Below are positions 33,506-41,167 of a stretch of DNA of 64,000 bases, one piece after another. How positions within the stretch are numbered: the stretch's first letter is position 1; the number at the start of each line of letters is the position of its first letter. The position numbers were made by a program, and so were the translations under genes. The notes below the pieces were generated by a model, which worked only from the letters and a program-made list of their open reading frames with translations, made no database searches and had not been told where the DNA came from. This stretch comes from an uncultured delta proteobacterium (GTDB taxonomy: Bacteria > Desulfobacterota > Desulfobacteria > Desulfobacterales > QNYZ01): the NCBI GenBank assembly GCA_963845145.1, contig CAWJQU010000004.1, positions 1 through 64,000 of the forward strand. Reading direction: 5' to 3'.

Positions 33506-33576
33506 TCTAGTCCAATTCGATTCAATTCAATTCAACCCAGTCCATACCAATCCAACCCAATCCAGTCCAATTCAAT
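33498..33576 (+). repeat. Degenerate pentamer tandem repeat (CCAAT/TCAAT)
   Basis: ccatccaatctagtccaattcgattcaattcaattcaacccagtccataccaatccaacccaatccagtccaattcaat. Confidence 0.7.
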
Positions 33577-33587
33577 ATTGGCACCTT

Positions 33588-34322
33588 CTATCCGTTAAAG
33601 GATTCCACCAGCGCGGGTAGTTGATCCAACCCGGTAATCTCCGGAACTTCCGGCTTGTCTTCAAGAAGATCAATATTGGGCCAGTTACGATTTACCGAGC
33701 GATGCTTGAGCCAGACTGGTTGAAGGCCGGCGTCATGGGAGCCTCTGATGTCGATACGCCAATCATCGCCCACATAGACCGCCTGTGCGGGGTTAATCCC
33801 CAGCTTCTTGAGACAGAAGAGAAACGGTACGGCATCCGGTTTGGGAGGCATCCCTGCTTCACCGGCCACGACGATCATATCAAAAAACCGCTCAATATCA
33901 GGGAAGAGGCCAAGCCGGTGAGTGCCCGTTATTTTTTGGCCTTGGGTGTTGGTGATCAGCGCCACACGATAGGAATCGGTAAGTTGTTCTAATACGGCGG
34001 TCGTTTCGGGGAACGGGCGTGTATGCTGTTTGACAGTCTCCCAATAGCGGGATTCCTTTTCTTCCAGTTCCAACAGGTCGTACGACCGATCAAAATAGCG
34101 ATACACCTGTTCCCATATGGCGGGTCGTGAAAAAACCGACCGATCATGAAAATCTTTTCGAATACGTCGATAGGCCTCCAGAAATATCGTTTGCTTTTCA
34201 TCATCCGCCAAAGGGAACAGCTCGGAGAATATTGACACTTTTGCTGCAGCTTCGGCCTGCTTGAAACCATCGGATGAGTCAACCAGGGTTTGGCCGAAGT
34301 CGAAAAGGATGGCTTTAATCAT
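33588..34322 (-). CDS. HAD-superfamily hydrolase (IA), not PhnX-like
   Basis: ILFDFGQTLVD, ITN, KP, YVGDD..IDI. Confidence 0.88.
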   Translation of the reverse strand: MIKAILFDFGQTLVDSSDGFKQAEAAAKVSIFSELFPLADDEKQTIFLEAYRRIRKDFHDRSVFSRPAIWEQVYRYFDRSYDLLELEEKESRYWETVKQHTRPFPETTAVLEQLTDSYRVALITNTQGQKITGTHRLGLFPDIERFFDMIVVAGEAGMPPKPDAVPFLFCLKKLGINPAQAVYVGDDWRIDIRGSHDAGLQPVWLKHRSVNRNWPNIDLLEDKPEVPEITGLDQLPALVESFNG

Positions 34323-34443
34323 TGCACTGTTCTCATTTCCGGTACGGTTTGAAACGCTGTTTGTTGCAAATAAAGGGCGTTTTTAAGACCCAGGCTTAAC
34401 CCGTATGATGTTGCATAGGTCACTTCATTAAATAAAGCCGGGC

Positions 34444-34622
34444 GAGCCAATTTCAAAACGACCCAGTTTGCCCAATCTCTACGTCTGGCTCAAATTTTAA
34501 TCCTCGAAATACCCCATGTATTTACCCCAAGGGCACTTCCTTCGGGGCGCCTGCGGTTAATCCGCCTGAGGCGGATCGCCATCCTTGACCTTGAACAAAC
34601 TGAAACGTTTTGGAAATGGCTC
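34444..34622. mobile_element. MITE copy 1
   Basis: TIR GAGCCAATTTCAAAACG / CGTTTTGGAAATGGCTC; 4-bp target duplication GGGC; homologous to 59890..60031. Confidence 0.8.
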
Positions 34623-34683
34623 GGGCAGAAAAATGATATCGCCCGGCCTTACCAATGCGCACGCTTTGCGAAAGACTACGATA

Positions 34684-36072
34684 TCAGTCCGTTCCCCACT
34701 TTTTCAGGTAATCGCCGCACAGGTCTTCAACGGCAGGGATATACTCTTCTTTGGGAATCGACAACCAGGTGTAGTTAAGAAAATGGGTCCAGTTGATATT
34801 ATCGCTGGTGATATTTCCCGCCCAGCTTCCGCATCCCAGTGTGTCCGTGGTGGGCAGGCCGGTGGTCCAGCCGCCGCTGTTGGCATGGGCGTGGGGCATG
34901 TTGCAGACGACGCGGCCCACATTGGCCCGAAGGGCAAGTTTGACCCGGCGTTCATCGTTTTCCGAATGGATCGAGGCGGAATGGCCTTCGCCGGAAAACT
35001 TGAGGATCTTTTCGAGGCGATCGAGCATTTCGTCATAATCGGTCCATTCCCAGACGGTCAGCACGGGAGAGATCTTTTCACCGGAAAATCGATCCTCCGG
35101 CCCGACTTTCTCACCTTTGACCATGAGAAATTTGGTGTTCTCCGGCACTGTCAATCCGGCATTGGCGGCAATCCAGGTCGCCGGACGGGCCACGATGTCC
35201 CGGTTTAAATGGGTGCCGTCCGGCCACATGTATTTTCTTAATTTTTCACGTTCATCGGTGCTGCACAGATAGCCCCCCTCGTTTTTAAGGGCTGCGATCA
35301 TATCCTCGTAAATGCTTTCATAGAGCGCGACAGCATTTTCGGATGAGCAGGATGCGGAGTTGTTGGCCGTTTTCGACAACATGATCTTATGTGCGGCTGC
35401 AGGTAAATCGGCCGTTTCATCTACAATGGAGACCACATTTCCGGCACCGACCGTCTGGGACGGTTTGCCGGCGGCATAGACGACCTTCACAAGGGCTGCG
35501 CCGCCCGTCGCTACGGCGTAATCAGAATTGGCCATGAGCTCCGAAGTGGCGGCATGGCTGGTTTTCTTGATACACTGTACCAGATCCACCGGCGCGCCGA
35601 TTTTTTCGAGTGCCTTGCGTACATGAACCACGGTTTCATATGAGGTCTTCTGGGTGCGGGGATGGGGCGATACGATCATGGCATTACGGGTTTTAAGCGT
35701 GCTTAATGCCAGGCAGCAGATGGTCGATTCGGGGTTCGTGCACGGCACGACGTTGGCGATAACCCCGATGGGCTTGGCATATTTACGTATACCCAACTCA
35801 ACATTCTCTTCAACCAGACCGCAGGTTTTGGCATCCCGCATGTCCCAAAGTGTTCCCAAGGTTTTATTTTTTATCTTGTTAACCTTGTCTTGTGCATTGC
35901 CGATGTTCGATTCGTCCACGGCCATGTGGCCCAGCTTATGACGGACATCGTCTTTCATCAGCTCCCAGGCCACGGCCTGCACCATCTCGTCCACTTTGTC
36001 CTGGGGCCAATTTTCAATTTCTTTAAAAGCTTTCCGGGCCTTCGCATACATTTCCTGAATATTGTCTTCCAT
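34684..36072 (-). CDS. CoA-acylating aldehyde dehydrogenase, SauS (sulfoacetaldehyde dehydrogenase)-like; candidate phosphonoacetaldehyde dehydrogenase (acylating)
   Basis: P.TNP, SPHPR, ATGG, GAGN, SKT.NNSASCSSEN, EKISPVL, GHSASIHS, LGCGSW.GN..S.N. Confidence 0.85.
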   Translation of the reverse strand: MEDNIQEMYAKARKAFKEIENWPQDKVDEMVQAVAWELMKDDVRHKLGHMAVDESNIGNAQDKVNKIKNKTLGTLWDMRDAKTCGLVEENVELGIRKYAKPIGVIANVVPCTNPESTICCLALSTLKTRNAMIVSPHPRTQKTSYETVVHVRKALEKIGAPVDLVQCIKKTSHAATSELMANSDYAVATGGAALVKVVYAAGKPSQTVGAGNVVSIVDETADLPAAAHKIMLSKTANNSASCSSENAVALYESIYEDMIAALKNEGGYLCSTDEREKLRKYMWPDGTHLNRDIVARPATWIAANAGLTVPENTKFLMVKGEKVGPEDRFSGEKISPVLTVWEWTDYDEMLDRLEKILKFSGEGHSASIHSENDERRVKLALRANVGRVVCNMPHAHANSGGWTTGLPTTDTLGCGSWAGNITSDNINWTHFLNYTWLSIPKEEYIPAVEDLCGDYLKKWGTD

Positions 36073-36090
36073 TTTCTTCCTCCACCTAAT

Positions 36091-37227
36091 TTATGATTTT
36101 ATTGGTAGTGTAAATCCCATTTCCCGAAATGCCTCTTCGGCCACGACAAAGAAAGCTTCAATGTCCTTGGCCGTGATCTGGCCCAGGTTGCACAATCGGA
36201 ATGTTTCCAGGCCGAACATTTTCCCCGGATAAATGGTAAATCCACGCTCGTAACAATAATCGTGTAGCTTAAAGAAGTCGAAGCGATCATCGGACGGCGC
36301 ATTCACCGTAACAACGAGATGCCCCTGAATCTCTTTATCGATAACCGAGGCCAATCCGATTTTTTCAAGCCCTTTGTGAATGGCTTCCCAACATTGGGTC
36401 AGCCGATCCCAGCGGGCCGTTTCGCCTTCGGTAAAATATTCATCGATGGCTTGGCTGAGGGCATAAACGGTCTGCACCGGCGGGGTAAAGTGCATTTCCC
36501 CGACGCGCTCGAAAAAGTCGTATTGCATGTGCAAGTTGCAGTAGTAGGAGCGGGTCGGATAGTCTTTGGATTTCTTGATCTCTTTAATATTGCCCACGGT
36601 CCAGGATGCGCCGGTCATGGCGGCCAGGCCTTTTTGGGCCGAAGACATTAAAAAATCGATGTTCTCTTCTTCAATGTCGATGGGCTTTAATCCATAGGTG
36701 GAGATGGTGTCCACCATAAAGACACATCCGTGGTCGTGGGCCATGGCGCCAATCTCCCTAATCGGGTTTAATACACCGGTGCCGGTTTCATGGTGCACTG
36801 CTGCCACCACGGCGATGTCGGCATCTTTTTCAAGGGTTTCCCGCACAAGGGCGAGATCCGGCAATCCTGTGGGATCAAATTTCAGGTCGATACAGGGGAT
36901 GTGGTAAAAATCGGCTATTTCAGCCATTCGGGCGGCATAGGCGCCGTTGTTTACCACAAGAAGTTTCTTGCCCTCCGGTACCAGTGAATTGACCAGGACA
37001 TCCTGGATAATCGTACCGGACCCGGTGAAAATGACGGCGGTATACTTATCCGGATCCCCATGAACGACTTTCACCAGATCTTGGCGAACATTTGTCATGA
37101 GATCCACAAACTCCTGCTCCCGGGGACAGATATCCGGAACCACCTGGGCGTATTTGACCGTATCGGTTGTGGTGGCGGGGCCTGGATTGAGCAGTACGTT
37201 TCTTTGGACGGGTTGGACAACCTTCAT
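36091..37227 (-). CDS. phnW: 2-aminoethylphosphonate:pyruvate aminotransferase
   Basis: LLNPGP.TT...VK, NNGAY..RM, VHHETGTG.LNP, VDTIS, SSAQKGL, FTPP.Q, GFTIYPGK. Confidence 0.9.
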   Translation of the reverse strand: MKVVQPVQRNVLLNPGPATTTDTVKYAQVVPDICPREQEFVDLMTNVRQDLVKVVHGDPDKYTAVIFTGSGTIIQDVLVNSLVPEGKKLLVVNNGAYAARMAEIADFYHIPCIDLKFDPTGLPDLALVRETLEKDADIAVVAAVHHETGTGVLNPIREIGAMAHDHGCVFMVDTISTYGLKPIDIEEENIDFLMSSAQKGLAAMTGASWTVGNIKEIKKSKDYPTRSYYCNLHMQYDFFERVGEMHFTPPVQTVYALSQAIDEYFTEGETARWDRLTQCWEAIHKGLEKIGLASVIDKEIQGHLVVTVNAPSDDRFDFFKLHDYCYERGFTIYPGKMFGLETFRLCNLGQITAKDIEAFFVVAEEAFREMGFTLPIKS

Positions 37228-37240
37228 CTTATGCCTCCCA

Positions 37241-38323
37241 TTACTTTAGTTTTCCGACGGTTTTAATCCCCGACTTCTGGCTGGGGTCTTCGATCTCCTC
37301 CACAATACCAAATCCGCTTCCCGACACTTCCTTCATCGATTCAAACCGCTCTTTCCATTCGGCAGGTGTTTTACAAATCGCCGGGCGAGCATGTTGTTCA
37401 CGTTCGGACAAGGGCGGCACCGGCTTTTCGGCAGGGCCGTCGTAATCTTCCATGGGGGTCAACGGCTGGCCTAAGCGGGTGGTGCCTTCTCGTTCAACTT
37501 CTTCAATGTAATGCGCACCGGCGGCAAATGACCGGGTGACGGCGAGAATGGCCCAGGTGGCTTCCGGGGTAAAGCCCAGATCCAGCATTACCGCCCCGGT
37601 GGCCCCCAGCATGTCCAGATCAACCGGCTCCGAGAATGTTTTTTGAGCGGCGGCGACCATTTTTTCGGTAAACGCAATATATTTTCCGGCCACGCCCAGT
37701 TTTTTGGCCCGGGCAAACATGCGCTTGGCGGCGGGATCTTTTAACATCAGATCCGATATGCCCAGCGCTTCGTCAAACTGGTTTTCGGTCACGAGCTGTT
37801 CGGCGGTTTGCTCCAAGGTCAGGTTTTCGGATTCAACTTTTTTAAGGTAGTCGTCCAGTCGATTGCCGAAGGCCGAATAGGCGCCATAGGCGTGACCGAA
37901 GGCCATAATCGATGCCCCACAAGCCTGGGTTAAAAAGGTTTTTGACCGGGCGACGATTCGAGAAATGGCCGCCGGTGATGACAACCCATCTTCCAGGGCC
38001 AGAATCATAATATAGTTAAGCATCTGTGCTTCTTCGACGGTGGGGATTCTGGCTTGATAGTCTACGAAAAGGACTTCGATAACACCGTAGCCCTCTTCCA
38101 TCAGTTCGGTGGTGTCGTATCCACGTGTGACGATCCGGTGAACGTTTTTGTAGGCGACTTCGGATACCCATTGAAACGGCGCCCGCTTGGTATCCTGGGG
38201 CACCGTGCCGTATTCCCGGGCGTAATAGTCAAACGGGTTTTTAGGACTATCCAAATTACCGATGCCACGCTTGCGCTTGGTCTGGTTGAGTTTTTCGGTT
38301 TTTTCCTTGTCTAGATAACCCAT
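37241..38323 (-). CDS. Citryl-CoA lyase/citrate synthase-fold protein, subunit B (catalytic motifs degenerate)
   Basis: Start MGYLDK overlaps the upstream stop by 13 nt; W.SEV..RGYD..EL, EDGLS, DLGF, R...AHY.EE, YDGP. Confidence 0.75.
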   Translation of the reverse strand: MGYLDKEKTEKLNQTKRKRGIGNLDSPKNPFDYYAREYGTVPQDTKRAPFQWVSEVAYKNVHRIVTRGYDTTELMEEGYGVIEVLFVDYQARIPTVEEAQMLNYIMILALEDGLSSPAAISRIVARSKTFLTQACGASIMAFGHAYGAYSAFGNRLDDYLKKVESENLTLEQTAEQLVTENQFDEALGISDLMLKDPAAKRMFARAKKLGVAGKYIAFTEKMVAAAQKTFSEPVDLDMLGATGAVMLDLGFTPEATWAILAVTRSFAAGAHYIEEVEREGTTRLGQPLTPMEDYDGPAEKPVPPLSEREQHARPAICKTPAEWKERFESMKEVSGSGFGIVEEIEDPSQKSGIKTVGKLK

Positions 38324-39207
38324 TGTTTGTATTCCCCTTCTTCTTTTTGTTTCTTGGCGTATTCCTGCCGTTCCTCTTGTTTGGGCACGATGCGGTCTTC
38401 CGGGCCCACATATTTGATCATGGAAAGGTCGATCATCTGGACCATCGGCTCGTTTCTGGAGGCACCCCAGGCGCGACCCTTTTTCATGTTGAAAAGCGCA
38501 TGGGCCGCACAGCTGAAGCCGCGCACGACGCTGCCGATACACCATCCGGCATTGGGTGAAAATCCGATCTCCATGAGTGCCGTGTTCCCCGAACCGACCA
38601 CATTAACGCCCACATAAGAGCGGCCATCCGCTTTGCGGCGGGCATGAAAGTATTTTTCCACGGCCCGTTGGAATTCGAGATAGACGCCGTTTAACTCGAG
38701 TTCTTCCTGCTTTAAATGAATGGGCTCAGCCCTGGGATCACTATCGATGTGCTGGGGTTGCCCCATGCCCATGACAGGTCGTTTGGCGTCCATATATTCG
38801 TCCACCAGCGTTTTGGCCATTTCATCAACGGTTTTGCCCTCTTTTTCAGCCCGATCCAGGTATTTGTTGAGCATGTAGCCATGGGCCGCGCCGGGACCGT
38901 GGACCCCGCCAAAGGTTGATACCGCCGCGGCGACACAAACGGGCAGATTGGGACGGCCGGCGCTGACCCCGATGGCTCCGACGGCCGAGGGGGACATGGA
39001 GTGCTCGAGGAAGACGCCCATTTCATATTTGAGCATCTTTTCTTCTTTTTCAGTGGGGATGCGGTTTTGAAACAAGACGAACATGGCATCATAAAAGGAG
39101 TACCCCTCTTCGGCCAGATCGCTAAGATTATACCCACGCATCACGGTTTTCTCTTCCGTTTTGTAAGAGATGGATGTTTTTCTCCGTAACAATGGTTTTC
39201 TGTCCAT
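38311..39207 (-). CDS. Citryl-CoA lyase/citrate synthase-fold protein, subunit A (altered active site)
   Basis: GGAGG RBS before MDRKP; TSIS..RGYNL.DL, EHSMSPS, VHGPG, GMGQPQH..DPR, NVVG, GF, R...AAH, Y.GP. Confidence 0.8.
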   Translation of the reverse strand: MDRKPLLRRKTSISYKTEEKTVMRGYNLSDLAEEGYSFYDAMFVLFQNRIPTEKEEKMLKYEMGVFLEHSMSPSAVGAIGVSAGRPNLPVCVAAAVSTFGGVHGPGAAHGYMLNKYLDRAEKEGKTVDEMAKTLVDEYMDAKRPVMGMGQPQHIDSDPRAEPIHLKQEELELNGVYLEFQRAVEKYFHARRKADGRSYVGVNVVGSGNTALMEIGFSPNAGWCIGSVVRGFSCAAHALFNMKKGRAWGASRNEPMVQMIDLSMIKYVGPEDRIVPKQEERQEYAKKQKEEGEYKQWVI

Positions 39208-39434
39208 TTTTTCCTCCGAAATCGGTATTTTATTGGGGCGATAGACACACCGGCCCATATAGGCGCTTTATTAGGGCGGCCCTATCTATAAGTCAAACGA
39301 ATAAATATCATATTTTCCATGACATTTATTTATATCTATTGATTTTGGTGTTGTTTAATGAAGATCGTAAGATGCCAAGAAACGGCTATTTGCAGTTAGC
39401 AGGTATGGAAAGCGAGTGACAGAAATACCATCAT

Positions 39435-40085
39435 TCATATCATCGATTTTAACGTGACCAAATCCAATTGACCGGCTGTTCTCTCGGCCTCGTCGGAGAC
39501 AGTTACGATAAAGTCCAAACAGCGACGAAGATGGGTTTTGCGGCTAAATTCCATATCGGAACTGAAAATCTTTTTGGTCAGGTCCCATTCAAGGCCGTCC
39601 ACCTTGGATTCCATCATGCTGATATCCTTGGCATGATTACGGGATACTTCGATGGGACAAACACCCTTGATATAGCATAATACAGCGTATTTTAATGACT
39701 CGCCCATACCGAGAGACACTTCCGTGATATTTAAAAAATCCGGTTTAAAATCGTCTGGTACCAGGGGGCGTTGATTGAGGAATACATCACAACATTTTTC
39801 AGCGGAGGTCGCCACCACATCGAGACTTTCCACAAGCTTGTAGATATCCTCTCTTAAAAGTGGCATATAGGCACCTAAGAACAGTTTGTCCCGAATTTCA
39901 TGGCGGACCAGGTCGGCCTCACTTTCAATCTGATCGGTTCGACGGGCGAGGTTTTTGGCTTCAGAAATATTGTTTTGCAAATACGTTGCAATGGTTTTGA
40001 CCGCCATGGCAAGGCATTCTTCCACTTTGTCGGCGTGCTTTTCAATGAGCTTGATGACTTCTTTTTCTTTTTTAAAAATGATCAT
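39435..40085 (-). CDS. DUF47 (PhoU-like) phosphate transport accessory protein
   Basis: E..AD..R..I...L..G...P..REDI..L...D and E..VD motifs; adjacent to pit. Confidence 0.88.
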   Translation of the reverse strand: MIIFKKEKEVIKLIEKHADKVEECLAMAVKTIATYLQNNISEAKNLARRTDQIESEADLVRHEIRDKLFLGAYMPLLREDIYKLVESLDVVATSAEKCCDVFLNQRPLVPDDFKPDFLNITEVSLGMGESLKYAVLCYIKGVCPIEVSRNHAKDISMMESKVDGLEWDLTKKIFSSDMEFSRKTHLRRCLDFIVTVSDEAERTAGQLDLVTLKSMI

Positions 40086-40170
40086 GGGGTTCCCCTCAAA
40101 TATCGCCTCTTTATATCCCTGAATATATCAAGGTCGCACACAGTATTCACATACCACTTCCGGAGATATC

Positions 40171-41130
40171 TTAAAACAGTGCTTTAATGGCCCGATACAT
40201 TAAAAAGGATGTGGTGGCCGACAACGTCGGGGTCAACACCCAGCCCCCAAGTATCGTAAATAGTGTTTTTTTACTGATGGATTTGGCGCCTTTGACCAAC
40301 CCAACGCCCACGACGGCCCCCACAACGGCCGAAGAGGTGGATACCGGAATGCCGAGCATGGAAAACAGGTGCATGCCGAAGGCCGAGGAAAGCTGGGCGA
40401 TAAAAGCACCGGGAATATCCAGGGGCGTAATCCCTTTGCCGACCGTATCGGCGACTTTTTTACCATACGTGATGGCACCGATGGCAATGGCGACGCCACC
40501 GATGACCAGGAGCAGGGTTGGATGAACGATACCGAGGTTGGCAATAGGACCAACGGCATTGCCGGCATTATTGGCGCCCATGGAATAGGCTACATAACAG
40601 GCCGAGAGGATGGCTAACCATCCCAGGGTATTTTGAACGAGCAGCTGACTTGTTCTGACGCGGCGCAGGGATAGGATCAAGAGACGATATAAACCATATG
40701 CGAGGAGCATGACCAAAATGGGGCAAATCAGCCAACTTTCCGCAATCGTTATGAGCTTGGAATAATCGATTTTTGCATTGACGGCCAGGCCGATACCGAG
40801 AACCCCCCCGACAATGGCCTGGGAAGTGGAGGTCGGAATTCGATAAAAGGTGGCCAGGGTGACAAAAAAACCGGAGCAGAGCAGGGCGACGAATATGGCG
40901 ATATAATCCAGATCTTGCTGGACAATGCCCTTTCCGATCGTTTTCATCACTTCGCCACCTTGAAGTACCGCGCCGATAAAGGAAAAGGTGGCTACGAGGA
41001 TTACAGCCTTTTTGAAAGTGATGAGTCCGCAACCGATAGAGGTGCCGATACAATTGGCCGTATCATTGGCACCGATATTCCAGCCGACATAGGCTCCCGC
41101 GCCCAGCATAATGAAGATTATTGGATCGAT
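40171..41130 (-). CDS. pit: PiT-family inorganic phosphate transporter
   Basis: GANDTAN, PTSTSQAIVG, GANNAGN, PVSTS; first ATG at 41109, SD-aligned ATC at 41130. Confidence 0.9.
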   Translation of the reverse strand: MDPIIFIMLGAGAYVGWNIGANDTANCIGTSIGCGLITFKKAVILVATFSFIGAVLQGGEVMKTIGKGIVQQDLDYIAIFVALLCSGFFVTLATFYRIPTSTSQAIVGGVLGIGLAVNAKIDYSKLITIAESWLICPILVMLLAYGLYRLLILSLRRVRTSQLLVQNTLGWLAILSACYVAYSMGANNAGNAVGPIANLGIVHPTLLLVIGGVAIAIGAITYGKKVADTVGKGITPLDIPGAFIAQLSSAFGMHLFSMLGIPVSTSSAVVGAVVGVGLVKGAKSISKKTLFTILGGWVLTPTLSATTSFLMYRAIKALF

Positions 41131-41167
41131 GGCGTTTCCTCGAAAAAACCCGTGGAGAAGGATCTGG

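Noticed and set aside
33588..34322. Calling the HAD gene phnX
   Set aside because: Lacks DWAGT and a recognisable Schiff-base Lys cap motif.
38324..38545. N-terminal 74 aa of the 434-aa ORF
   Set aside because: Overlaps subunit A in another frame; the real start is likely the ATG at 38323.
37241..39207. Ordinary citrate synthase or rTCA citryl-CoA lyase
   Set aside because: Catalytic Asp and His equivalents are substituted and the context is phosphonate catabolism.
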